A stretch of DNA of 64,000 bases from Octopus vulgaris (taxonomy: Eukaryota): the NCBI GenBank assembly GCA_951406725.2, contig OX597814.1, positions 145,948,001 to 146,012,000 on the forward strand. The letters are read 5' to 3'. Shown here piece after piece: positions 13,995 to 26,500 of the stretch. The notes beneath the pieces were generated by a model. The model was not told where the DNA came from, searched no databases, and saw only the letters and a list, made by a program, of their open reading frames with translations. How positions within the stretch are numbered: position 1 is the first letter of the stretch; each line of letters begins with the position of its first letter. Both the position numbers and the translations under genes were made by a program.

Positions 13995-15420
13995 ATGATA
14001 GCGATCCGTTAGTCTCGAAAGACTATGGATCTGCGCCTTGGATTGGATTGGACCAGATTGGTGTTGCAGCATCGCTTCTGACTGACAAGGTCAATGCGTG
14101 AGTGACAATTACGGCTGCAGCATTCGCAAATATGGTTGGTCTTTTGTTGGTGGTTCGATCTTCCTGCGTCTCCGGCTGTTCTCTAACGTCTGACGTATGT
14201 GATCTTCTCCTTCCATCAGGGCGGTAGTCAGTGTCTGTCTCCAGGGGGAACAGTCTTTCGCCATATTCTCCCAGGTTTTGGTATTCATACTCATGGCCTT
14301 CTATTGGCTGATTGTTAAGCTGAAGGCTTAAGCTGGCCCGGTTCAGATTGCTCATCATTGTTTGAAGTTGCAGTTCTGAATGAGCTACTAGAGCCACGTC
14401 GTCAGCAAACAGCATCTCCCTGACGTAAACCCTGCGGATTTTGGTCTTCGCATTGACCATGATAGATTGAATAGTTTACCATCTGACCTTGTGTGGAGGC
14501 AATAACAGCAAAGTAGATGTTGAACAGGGTAGGAGCAAGCACGCATCCCTGTTTCATCCCACGTCGGACACCAAAGGGCTCTGATGTGTTTCCTTTGAAT
14601 TGTACTGTGGACTTCATTTACAAATGGTAAGACTTAAGGATGCAGAGCAGTCAGGGAGGGCACCCAATCTTCCTAAGAATTTGAAACAACCCATCCATAC
14701 TCATCGTGTTGAACGCCTTCATCAACGAATGCAATGTAGAGAGGTTTGTTCTGTTTCCTGCACTTCTCTTGTAACTGCCATAAGGGGAAAAATCAGATAC
14801 ATCAGGGATCGTCCGGATCTGAAACCACTTTGAGACTCTGCAAGTTTTCGAACTCGGCCGAGAACCACGCAAAGAAATGCCTTCCCGACAAACCCTAACC
14901 CTACAACTGTCTCAGCGACTACTATTTCCTTTATTTTTACACAACGTGATAATGTTACGGTCTTCCATATCACTAGATATCTCCCCTTCCACACAGGATA
15001 TGGTGGAGCTGGTGTAGGGTGTCGTCTTTCGAAAACTTGATAACTTCAGCTGGTATCCCATCTAGTCCCGGCGCTTTTTCTAATTCCTCTACGGTTGGGG
15101 TTATATCCAGTTCGTCCATGACCGGCAAACTTCCTAAGTTGTTCAGTGCTATTTCCGAAGTAAAAATCGTAATAATGCTCCACCCATCTCTCCATTTACT
15201 TCAACTGCTCTGTGATGGTCTCTCCAGCTTTGGTTTACCCCAGGTCTGACGTCAAAGGGTTCTGGGATATTTCCATTGAATTGTACCTTGGACTTCATGT
15301 ACAAATGGAAAGACTCAAGGATGCGGAGCAGTCGAAGAAGACATACAATTTTCCCAAGAACTTGGAACAACCCATCCCTACTCACCATATCAAACACCTT
15401 CATCAACGAATGCAACATAA
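13995..15420 (-). mobile_element. RTE-clade LINE remnant with internal deletions and a duplicated RT segment
   Basis: ESQSGFRSGRS, KAFNTMSMDGLFQILRKIGCPP, SEPFGVRRGMKQGCVLAPTLFNIYF, VREMLFADDVALVAHS, TWENMAKDCSPWR; RTE-type 3' end ccatagtctttcgagactaacggatcg. Confidence 0.92.
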
Positions 15421-15911
15421 ATTTGAGTATGCAGCAAACAAAACGAAACCACACCCAAATCTATCTCGCTAGGGTTATTTGTAACTAGGCAACATCAGTG
15501 TCATTCTACACATTCTATTTACCACTAACATATTTGATTCTGAATATATGCATCTCGTAGCCTGTATGTTTTTTGCCTTATTCATTGTAGAAGATCGTTC
15601 GCCACACACACACACAAACACACGTACACACACACACACACATATATATATATGTATATACAATTCTCTCTCTCTCTGTACATATATATATATATATATA
15701 TATATAAGTAGTTGAATGAATTATCCTAGTATGGATAATTCGGTTAACCGATACCCGGGTAGCAAATTTACGTCAGAAAGCACGATTGAAGCTACATGCC
15801 AAGGGCAGAAATCACCCTTTATTCCTCCGGAATTAGGAATATGCAGTCTTCGAAATATATGTCGAGAATAAAGGAATTTTGTTAAATCGCCGTTCGACTC
15901 CATTCTTTCAT

Positions 15912-16011
<100 letters not shown>

Positions 16012-16014
16012 ATA

Positions 16015-16220
16015 TAGGGAGAGTTTGTGAAAAAAACAAAAGACGAAGACAGGTGTGTACAAAACAAACAGATGTATTAGTATGACGCTCAGGAATAAAA
16101 AAAAGTATTTTATGTTTCGAGCCTACGCTCTTCTACAGAAAGGGACATAGAAAAAAACAAAGAGAGAAACAAGGAGAGAAAAAATGTGTGTAGTGGCTAA
16201 CGATCTATCATGGCGACTGA
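16015..16220 (-). mobile_element. Neptune-type PLE pseudo-LTR with hammerhead-like motif (16108-16141)
   Basis: Homologous to 5520-5641 and 25030-25225; reverse complement reads ttt-CTGTAGA-a-GAGC gtag GCTC-GAAA-ca-TA-aaa. Confidence 0.7.
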
Positions 16221-16240
16221 TATACATATATATATATATA

Positions 16241-16858
16241 TACTACTAATATAGGATGAAGTTTTTTACAGAAAAAAAAATTCCATCAAAAAATGTGGCA
16301 GCATATTAAAATACCTTTACGGTTAAAATTATAAACAACTTATAAAATAAGAGCTAAAGAAAATTATTTCAATGCCAATACTCTGATAACAGACTTTTAA
16401 ATCGTCAATTTCCACATATTATTTACTCGCTACAGAAAAAAACACGAAGAACTGAAATCGGGGAAAGCCGACCGATAGAATTTTTTTTTTAAAGTTCGTT
16501 ATTTCTATATTGAATCAATTTCGGAATTAATCTCATAACAGATTCTTTCCTCTTCAGTAGAACATACGAAAGGATATAAATAAGATACTTACATGCGCCC
16601 ATGGAAAAAAGCCGAAGCAAAAATCATGAGTACATATAAGTACCCCAGATATATCTAAAAATAAAATTCTTTGGTTAGCCTCAGCACAACGTGTTGGCTG
16701 TTCTCCACTACAGGTTATAGTGGCTACCAGTCCCTATAGCGAGTAGTAATAAGTCTACTACTAATATAGGATGAAGTTTTTTTTTTTACAGAAAAAAATC
16801 CATCAAAAAATGTGGCAGCATATTAAAATACCTTTACTGTTAAAATTATAAACAACTT
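16241..16858 (-). mobile_element. Non-coding direct-repeat element with hammerhead ribozyme (retrozyme-like or PLE pLTR partial tandem)
   Basis: ~100-bp near-identical direct repeats at 16241-16340 and 16757-16858 (period ~516 bp) flank a unique segment containing a complete hammerhead; a (TA)n tract abuts the left end. Confidence 0.7.
16503..16562 (-). ncRNA. Type I hammerhead ribozyme
   Basis: Reverse complement: TTCTA-CTGAAGA-GGAA(agaatc tgttatga gattaa)TTCC-GAAA-TTGA t TCAA-TA-TAGAA. Complete core, 5-bp stem I, extended stem II, near-palindromic stem III. Confidence 0.82.
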
Positions 16859-18875
16859 CACAAACATACAAATACATGCACATCTGCTATTATAAAGCAT
16901 GAGATTTTTATAATCAGTACTCGGAGCTTACAAGGAAGAAACGACTATGAAGTTATATGACTTTCAATCGGTAATCAGCCGGCAATAGCTGCACACAACA
17001 GGATGTCAACGGTGGCACGTGCATTGATTACCTAGCAATTATTATCAAATTAATGAGTGTGTATGAGATTTCTATATCTAACTAACTGTTCTGTAATTTA
17101 TTTTACCTTTCATCGTCTCGAAGAGACCACTCAAGCGACTCACATGAATATTGCTTTCATTTTTAAATATCGAGAGCATATCACCAGTAAATTAATCTTT
17201 ATACTGAAAAACTTATGAAAAATCTCAAATGTCAAATATAGAGTCTCACAATGTGTAACGATCTTCACATGCCAGTCAGGCATCTGTCATCGTCATCAAA
17301 GCTGCATCACAAGTGACAAGACCCTTCTCAGAAGAAGATTATTATAGAAACCTGGCAGATATTTTTCACGTATTAAATATCGATGACCTATCTTAGAAGA
17401 CTGACAACTGTAGCAGTTTCCAGGGCATTTACGTCTGCTCTTAGACCAAAGAACTTGAAATTGGTAATATTCTGTTTGAAGAGTTGCAAGTTAACAGAAG
17501 TACCAACTATATATTTACGGATTCAAAAGAGATGGTTATGTGTGAGGAAACAACTGGTCATCTTGGTTGGCACGGTTTAGACTGTTTTCAAAAGATAAGT
17601 CTGGCGAGCGATGATGTGACCAGTTCATCGGAGATGGTTTTTGCTGATGAATTGATAAATATATTAAATTGAGTAGTGCATTAGTTATTTGAACTCGCAA
17701 GGCTGAATGGCTAAGTTTGAACTAAGAGCGTAAAGCGTCGGAATAAATACCTCCAGGTATTTTTCTGATGTTCTAACGATTCTGCGGAATATCATTCTAA
17801 TCGATGATGTGTATTTTAGATACGTTTTATTTTGCATATTTGATGGTAAACCTTTTATCAGCTTAGAATTTTATGCAGAAATTTATCTATATTTAAAATG
17901 TAACCCTAAATGCATCTGATAAGAGAGACACAAACTTTAGCACTAAAATTGTTTTGAAAACAGTCATTAAAATTCAAGTTTCTGAATACTGAATAAATAC
18001 ATAACACAACATAATTAACATCGTATTTTAAAATTTGCTTTTTGCATTTGGCAGAATATTACTTTGACTGCAACATCCGCCCATGAGAATTGCTAAGTGA
18101 GAGGTGAGAGAAAATTTGCTATATTATTTATATGCCATGCATAAGAGGTCATTGAACTAAATCTATATATTAGAGAAAAATTATAGTTCTGTCGGCTTTC
18201 GTTTCTTTATATCATGAGTCATTAAATAAAAAAAGGATAAGAAAATAAGCTTTGACTTTACATTTTCTGGGAGCAATAGAACAAACTTCAAGTCAAATAG
18301 TGCAAACTTTGTGATATGCTGAAACTTAATTTTGTGTTTAGCCTTGATCTGATGAGGTAATGTAATATTCATATCTTAAAAATATACGGTGTGATTTGGA
18401 ATATTTTCACGCCGAAAAAATAATCTTGCAGACTTCATTACCATACACTTATGCTCCAACTTCCAATCGAGCTCATGACTAAAACCAGTACTCTGGTATC
18501 CTACAGATACCAGAGTACTGGTGTTGATCTCGTAAATAATCACTGATACGGCTTCTGTAAAGCCTGATCTGTTAGAAAACTGGGTTTTTTTTTCTGACGA
18601 CAGGTAGGAATTTGCTCCACAGATATTTGTTGAACGCAACGTTACACGTTCCAATACCAGCAAAGATTGAAGTTGACTCTGGCATATGACACTCCTGGCG
18701 AAACTTCCCAAAACACAGCATTCCTCACATATAACAGCTGTTATATAAAACAGCATCCTCAGAGAGATGACAACCGAATTCCATAAGTTAAGCTTATACA
18801 TACTTCAGCTTTTTGACCTTGATGCGCTGTCTGCTCTACTGTCGTTGATATCAACACATATTAATACATACATAG

Positions 18876-18983
<108 letters not shown>

Positions 18984-19050
18984 ATATATATATATAAATA
19001 AATATATTAATATATATGTATATATGTATTTATATCTATATATGTATTCA

Positions 19051-19111
<61 letters not shown>

Positions 19112-19116
19112 GTGTG

Positions 19117-19159
<43 letters not shown>

Positions 19160-19187
19160 AAAAAGAGAGAGAGATACACACACATAT

Positions 19188-20011
19188 GTAGACTGATCAA
19201 TAAGTATCAAGACTTGCTATAATAACGAAGCTAAACACAGAGAGTAAAGCCGCTTGGCACAGAATGACCATCAAAAATACTGTGCATGCACACAAAACTT
19301 TAACCGCCTCCCTCACTTCTGCTGTGAACAGCAGAAGTGAGCTAGAAAATGTTGAGCATAAAATATGCATCAAATTTTGTCAAAAGTTTGGTGATACCTG
19401 CTAAAAAGCCTACACGATGTTTTCAAAAAGTTTTCATCGTTCTTACCACAATCAAGGAGGTCTTGTGCAACTGAAATGCGAGTGACGTTATAGTTAGCTC
19501 GCAACAGTTTTGGTACAAATTTTGCAGGCACGCTTATCATACCCGAATCTCCTGTAATAATGTATAAAACTGAACCGTAACTAATCTGCACATCTGATAG
19601 CTCACTTATGATGACTCCTCGATGTTCCCTCACGGCTACACGCACATCTGCGATGTTTTTCTCAGTTCTGCTGGTTGCAGGTCTCCCAGAAAGTTCGTCA
19701 ATATCGACATTTTGGGCCATACTGAAAACGTTTGAACCATTTGTATAATTGTGTGCGGTTAATGCATTCCTCTCTATACACTTCCAGCAACTTTCTAAGC
19801 ATGTATCACCATATGAACTTTCTCTGTCATGACCAATGACACACCTCTCTTCGAAGCGCTGCTGTACAGAGCAAAGTGAACTATGACATTAAAACTTAGT
19901 GTGCATGCCCTGAAGGTTTCAAAGCCAAACTGTGTGAAGCTGCTTCATTCTGCATTCTTTAGCTTCGTTACTATGGCCAATACTCCGGACACTTATTGAT
20001 CAGACCTCGTA
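19188..20011. mobile_element. Mariner remnants: two 5' ends in convergent orientation
   Basis: Minus copy (20011 to 19430): TIR tacgaggtctgatcaataagt, then YKWFKRF...SGRPATSRTEKNI...AKFVPKLL...NDENFLKT. Plus copy (19188-19430): gactgatcaataagt, then EHKICIKFCQKFGDTC. Confidence 0.85.
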
Positions 20012-20054
20012 TATATATGTATACATTCATATATATATATATATATTTTTTTCT

Positions 20055-20440
20055 CTCTAATTTCAACTCAGAGCTACGGCCATGCTTATGCACCGCCGTT
20101 TTGCTACACTGTTATTACCAAGAGCCTCCTCTAATATGTGGCACTTGGTGAAGAATGGAGATTGATATAGCTACGTTCATTTGCAACTCTTGCCGTAAGG
20201 TAGGTTAATCTGGGACTCTCGACAGGAATAAGTCCAGCTTTGATTTAAAAACCCCTACATCTACTTTGTGCAAGTTCCTCAGAGTCTTTGGGAGAATATT
20301 AAAAAGCTGGGGGCCCTTGAAACCCAGGGTGTTGCAGTAACTAGCTCTGAAGCGTGATGACATTGCTGGGATCTTTGGCATTATGCAGTGTAGTCCAGTT
20401 CTGGCATTAGTGTAGCTTTCAAAGCGAAAGACATGATAGG
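20055..20440 (-). mobile_element. CR1-group LINE 3' end
   Basis: Reverse complement translates to ...SYCNTLGFKGPQLFNILPKTLRNLHKVDVGVFKSKLDLFLSRVPD*P..., a typical CR1-group ORF2 C-terminus; 3' UTR ggcggtgcataagcatggccgtagc. Confidence 0.75.
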
Positions 20441-20528
20441 TTTACATACACATTTGCGTGCATATATATATATATATATATTTATATGTGCGTGTGTGTA
20501 TAAATGTTTTACATGTATGAATATATAC

Positions 20529-20565
<37 letters not shown>

Positions 20566-20581
20566 CATACACACACACACG

Positions 20582-20613
<32 letters not shown>

Positions 20614-20736
20614 CGTATATATGCATACGTACATATAAATACATCTATACACACACACGCGCATACACACACACGTACGCACACATACACAAACACACAG
20701 ACACACACACATACACATACATACACACACACACAT

Positions 20737-20770
<34 letters not shown>

Positions 20771-21230
20771 CTGCACGCAAATGTGTATGTAAACTTATCT
20801 CTCTTTTATTCATCAGATATGTATTGGTAGGAAAATAATTCCCATTTAATCAAATTATCAGCGTGTAAAAGTGAAATTATACAACCAGTATTTAATTTAC
20901 ATTAACTATTTCAAATAATCTTGATATGAGAAATTTTCTAAAATCAAATAAACATGAATGATTTCGGAACATCTGGTTTTGCTAGCGTCGATGGAAGAAA
21001 TCTCCGGTGAATAATTTTGGGAAATAAAGGATTACAATCTGTTGATAAAAGGTTACGTTCAAATAAATGTCAAAAGTTAACTTTATTACGTATAATTCAA
21101 TATTTCCCTATTTCTGAAGAGATAATTTTATTGGAGTTTCTTTATTTTATAACAATTATTTAGATTTTCTTTTATATATGATTATGTTCTAAATACACAT
21201 ACACACACACACATATATATATACATGTAC

Positions 21231-21293
<63 letters not shown>

Positions 21294-21398
21294 TATCTAA
21301 GCATATATATATACATGTATAAATGTATATTTTATAAGTTTATACATATATGTATATATGCGGGTATGTATATGTGCATTTATGCGTGTATACATACT

Positions 21399-21434
<36 letters not shown>

Positions 21435-23080
21435 CTTATATCTATACATTTATATATATATATATACCTTTATATATATATGCATATATAAATGTATGTA
21501 AACATAAATATACATAGAGACATATAAAATCTATACGTACATACACACAGACATATATTCGTACATACGTGCATGCATACATATATGCGTATATAACCGT
21601 ATGTGTTTGGGCGCGCCACAAATATCAGCAATTTTCGAGCGTCATTCCTAAAATGATTTTTTTTGTTTTGACCAATGTTTAGGAACGGAATATTAGATTG
21701 TAACGTTAGATGGCGACTAAGAATTTTATATTCTGTGGGAAGGGAACAATTTCCTGTAAACAGACACTCAACTAACGAAGTTTCATTAAATAATTTGTGT
21801 TTGTGTCTTCTCCCTTATAGTGCCTTTTATATCCATTTGGAAACACGAAATTGATAAACTTCTATGAGGAAGAGAATATATATACATATACATAAACACA
21901 CACACACACACACACACGCACACACACACATATACATATGTATGTATATATAGATATCTGTATACCCATATATATAAACATACATACAAGCACACACGAA
22001 CACAAATTCCAATATACAAAAGAACATGGAGTTAAGGGCACTTTTCTCAACGCCAGGAATCTGATAAACATCAGGATTTTTGTAAATATTATTTGGATAG
22101 GCATATTTTAAACTAGGAAATCTGGTTTGTACAAATTCTATTAAAGTTTACACTATTTTTATTCACTTCCCTTTTATAAAGTCTATGGAAAAAAAGCATA
22201 TAGATAAGAAGCGGAGACTAAAATATTATTATTATGTCTAGAAAACATTACATTTCAATTTCTGCTATGTCAGTCAGATGGGAAAAAAATATGCAGGATT
22301 ATGAGATTACACAGGCAAAATATACTGTAGAAATAAACAAAAGAAGCAAAAACTAAAAAAACATCTACAAATATGAAGGAACACACACATTTATACATCA
22401 TTGTAAACAAATATATGTATTACATAATTATATATAAATCCTGCGTTTCTTTACAATTCAAGTAGTGTATGCATATATGTGTGTATGAGAGTATATATAT
22501 AGGTATACATACATACATTCACACACACTCACACATATGTATGCATGTATGTATGCGCGTGCGTTCTTATGTTGGATTGCAAAAAAGTGTAGTGGTGCGA
22601 TATTCCACTCGCCTGAGAAAGGTAAGGAGGTATTGCAACTACATGTGCTCATATATGTATTAACTAGCACACTAATATATGTGTACGTGTGTACATATAT
22701 TACATACGTAATCACTAATGCGTGAGTGTGACACATACGTAATAGAATCTAGAGAAAACGTTGTAGCAGCATTAAAGTAAATGAGTAGAATGACAGAGAG
22801 AAGAGAGAGGAGAGAAAGAGGGATGAGAGAGAGGTTATCCAGATGTAAAATTTCAACATAACCTTTACACATTGGCTCTCGAAAGAGCCGACCACACTGA
22901 GATGCGTTTGTCGGCGTTTTCAAACCGGCGTAGGTGCAAAATTTATTGTATTTCATACTGGTTCTCTTCACAACTTTTATTATCAGACGAAATAACCAAT
23001 AACTTAAAATACTTAAATTTTTAACGATATCTAAGCAATATCTATCAATCTATCCATCTATATGTATATATATGTATGTA

Positions 23081-23143
<63 letters not shown>

Positions 23144-23144
23144 T

Positions 23145-23464
23145 GTTGTAATTCTGTTCTGGTGCTGTATACTTTAACACACTCACCGGTAAGATTTCCA
23201 CTTATTTGTTTTTTATTTTTCTAAAATTTTCGTTTTGTCTTGCGGCCTTTGCAATAGTCGTTCAGCGTGTCCGTCACGACTATTGAAAAGGTTGCAAGGC
23301 GCAACGAAAATTTTAGACAAATAAAAAAAATGAGTGGAAATTTTACCGGTGAGTGTGTTAAATTATAAGGCACCAAAAGAGAATGACTGTCCACAGACAC
23401 AGCAGAATATGCTTCAACACATGAACTGACATAAAAAATCTTGCAAACAGAATCCCAAAACTAA

Positions 23465-23465
<1 letters not shown>
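23145..23465 (+). mobile_element. Short foldback plus tail in (TA)n: probable truncated PLE with inverted pLTR
   Basis: ~100-bp imperfect inverted repeat (23161-23260 vs 23277-23374), then a ~90-bp unpaired tail, flanked by (TA)n. Decayed hammerhead-like TTGAAAA-gGTTGC aaggc GCAAC-GAAA at ~23283-23309. Confidence 0.55.
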
Positions 23466-23512
<47 letters not shown>

Positions 23513-23571
23513 ATGTGTATGTATATGAATATATATATATGTATGTGCGTGTATGTTTGTGTGTCTGTGTT

Positions 23572-23768
23572 TGTCCCCCTAGCATTGCTTGACAACCGAT
23601 GCTGGTGTGTTTATGTCCCCCGTCACTTAGCGGTTCGGCAAAAGAGACCGATAGAATAAGTACTGGGCTTACAAAGAATAAGTCCCGGAGTCGAATTGCT
23701 CGACTAAAGGCGGTGCTCCAGCATGGCCGCAGTCAAAATGACTGAAACAAGTAAAAAGAAAAAGAAAA
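23572..23768 (+). mobile_element. SINE family A, 3' half
   Basis: gcttgacaaccgatgctggtgtg...ggcggtgctccagcatggccgcagtcaaaatgactgaaacaagtaaaaag. Confidence 0.88.
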
Positions 23769-23799
23769 TATATATATATATGTATGTATATATGTATAT

Positions 23800-23922
23800 G
23801 ACAGATCGCTAGCCACTACACATTCACTAGTTCCCTCCTTGTTTCTTTCTGTGTTCCTTTCTTTGGAAGAGCGTAGGCTCGAAACGTTAAAGACTTTTTC
23901 ACTTCCAGTGAGTTATACTAAT

Positions 23923-23991
<69 letters not shown>

Positions 23992-25020
23992 TGTATATAT
24001 ATATAGCGTTCATAATCATTTTTCTATCGTGTTGGCTTAACAGCCCTCACCGTTTGCTTTTACTGTTTTCTTCTCACTCTCCTGTTCTTGTTACCACTTT
24101 CACCCTCCGCAAAATATCTCAAACTTTATTCAACTTGCTTTGCGGGAAGGATTGTTTCAATGAAATCGCGTATTGTCCTTGCCTTCGTAACGCGGAGTAG
24201 ATGAAACAGGGTCTCCCTTCCCTCTCACATCCATGACACCAACCATGCGCTTCGTTTGTTCAACTCTTTCTCTTTCCCTCCTGACCACTCTAAACTTCTC
24301 TTCACTCTCGACATCCAGAGCCTTTTCACGGTGATCCATCATGACGAGGGGCTGCGTGCACTCCAACATTTCCTTGACCTTCGACCCAACCCCCAACCTG
24401 ATATATCCACACTCGTTCGTCTGTCTGAACTTGTCTTCTCACTCAATTACTTCTCGTTTGCTGGTGATTTTTATAGCAGTTCCTGGAAATGGCCATGGGA
24501 ACTGGAATGGGCAAACGCGAAGTCGCTAGGCTGACCACTTCGCGGAAAAACTTCGAGACATACAACTCGGCAATGACACTTCGTTCTCGCACCATGTCCG
24601 CTCTATCGGTTACTCTTTGCAACACCCATCTGGAATTCCGTCTTCGCCGTTAACAAGGATTAATCTTCTCTCTTCACTCATTTGCGCCACATGGTCACAA
24701 CTCTCCTCTACTTTTCATCTAACATTCCTACCCTCTCTTCTCTTCCTCACACACCAACTTACTCCCACCCGCCCCACCTCTCTCTTGCTCCGACTCCTAC
24801 TTCTTCTCGTCACTCCCACCCATATTCTCCCTTCCCGCCTCCCTTCATCGTCACCCCTCCCTCCTAACATCATCCCTACACAATACAACCTACCTTCCCT
24901 ATCCGTCCCATCCCACTACATCCCTTACACTCACTCACACATGTCCCACCTCTACCCCGATCCTCAGCTTAACCCACACCCCGCCGTTGATTTCCCCACT
25001 TCGCCTCATCCACATTCCAT
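23800..25020 (+). mobile_element. Neptune-type PLE, internally deleted (5' pLTR, RT fragment fused to GIY-YIG fragment, CT-rich 3' UTR)
   Basis: pLTR with hammerhead-like motif at 23857-23892. RT: DTNHALRLFNSFSF..KLLFTLDIQSLFTVIHHDEGLRALQHFL...TLVRLSELVFSLNYFSF...MAMGTGMG, joined at ~24512 to endonuclease remnant QTRSR*ADHFAEKLRDI. Confidence 0.85.
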
Positions 25021-25029
25021 ATATATATA

Positions 25030-25480
25030 TATACAGGGATAATTCGCAAAAAACAAATGAGGAAGACAGGTGGTGTAGACAACAAACAGATGTATTAGTT
25101 TAACGCTCGGGAAGTGAAAGTCTTTAGCGATTCGAGCCTACGCTCTTCCACAGAAAGGAACACAGAAAGAAACAGGGAGAGAAAATAAAGAATGTGTAGT
25201 GGCAAGCGATCTATCATGGCGAATGCCGGACAGTGGGGTCACACAGGAGAGCTAGGAAGAAGGGCTGATAATAAAGTAGTGGTGATCCCAAATAGAAGGT
25301 GCGCGTGCGTGTGTATAAAAGAGCATGTACGTGCATTTGGAAGAGGGCTGGTGACTTTGACGTGAGCGTTTGTGAATGTGTAGGTGTGGATGATGGTGTG
25401 TAGCTGGGAAGTAAACAGTGCTAGAATCTGCGTGGTGGTGTGATGTGATGTGGTGTTGCGTGGTATGGTGGTGTGTGGTG
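25030..25480 (-). mobile_element. Neptune-type PLE pLTR/3' UTR copy, inverted relative to 23800-25020
   Basis: Reverse-complement similarity to 5200-5641; hammerhead-like motif at 25122-25157. Confidence 0.78.
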
Positions 25481-25682
25481 TATATATAAAATTCCGAGAC
25501 AGAGAAGGAAAGAGAGAATTAGAACAGCAAATGAATTTGCGCTCATGTGTTTATATATGTATATACATTTATATATGTATATATATATATTTATGTATAT
25601 ATATACATAAATATATATATAGATAGATAGATAGATACATATATATATATATATATAATATATATACCTATATACATATATG

Positions 25683-25726
<44 letters not shown>

Positions 25727-25728
<2 letters not shown>

Positions 25729-25928
25729 ACTTGTTTCAGTCATTTGACTGCGGCCATGCTGGAGCACCGCCTTTAGAGTGGTGAAAGAGTACAGCAGGGA
25801 TCACCACCTCCTGCCGGAGCCTCGTGGAGCTTTTAGGTGTTTTTCGCTCAATAAACACACACAACGCCCGGTCTGGGAATCGAAACCGCGATCCTCCGAC
25901 CGCAATCCGCTGCCCTAACCACTAGGCC
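25727..25928 (-). mobile_element. Chimeric SINE: family B tRNA-like head fused to family A 3' tail
   Basis: 25774-25928 matches 60745-60900 (family B); 25727-25773 is the family A tail (cttgtttcagtcatttgactgcggccatgctggagcaccgcctttag). Confidence 0.75.
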
Positions 25929-25957
25929 AATACATATATATATATGTATTTACACAC

Positions 25958-26019
<62 letters not shown>

Positions 26020-26023
<4 letters not shown>

Positions 26024-26195
26024 AATCAAAACAAAGAAGAACAAAGAAAAACAATAGCACGAAGACGTGTACAAGTACTGTATTATCAGACGCTCAGGGA
26101 AAGAAAAAAGGGTCCAAAGTTTCGAGCCTTGCACTTCTTCCGAAATAGAGGAAAGTCCAAAGCAAAGGAAGACGGATGAAATAGATCGCTAACTA
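26020..26195 (-). mobile_element. Diverged PLE pLTR fragment related to the Neptune pLTR family
   Basis: Shares gacgctcaggga, gtttcgagcct and agatcgctaac blocks with 16015-16220; adjacent to (TA)n. Confidence 0.5.
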
Positions 26196-26263
26196 TTGTG
26201 AAATAATAACACGGAATCCATATCAAAATACTCTTCAGAAAGATATATATGGCTAAAATAATA

Positions 26264-26312
<49 letters not shown>

Positions 26313-26462
26313 AAACAAGTCAAAAATTGAAAATGCTAAGATGATTTTATAGTGAATCTTGTTTTTTCATATATATCAACTCGTGTGTTCCTTTCCACCC
26401 TTATACATATATGTATATAAATATATATATATGTGTGTGTGTGTGTCTGTGTGTGTGTGTGT

Positions 26463-26496
<34 letters not shown>

Positions 26497-26500
<4 letters not shown>

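Noticed and set aside
18349-18385. CTGATGA as a hammerhead core
   Set aside because: No convincing stem II, GAAA or stem I follows.
17240-18860. GC-richer islands with 60-140-aa ORFs
   Set aside because: Probably old TE debris; no motif could be recognised to support a call.
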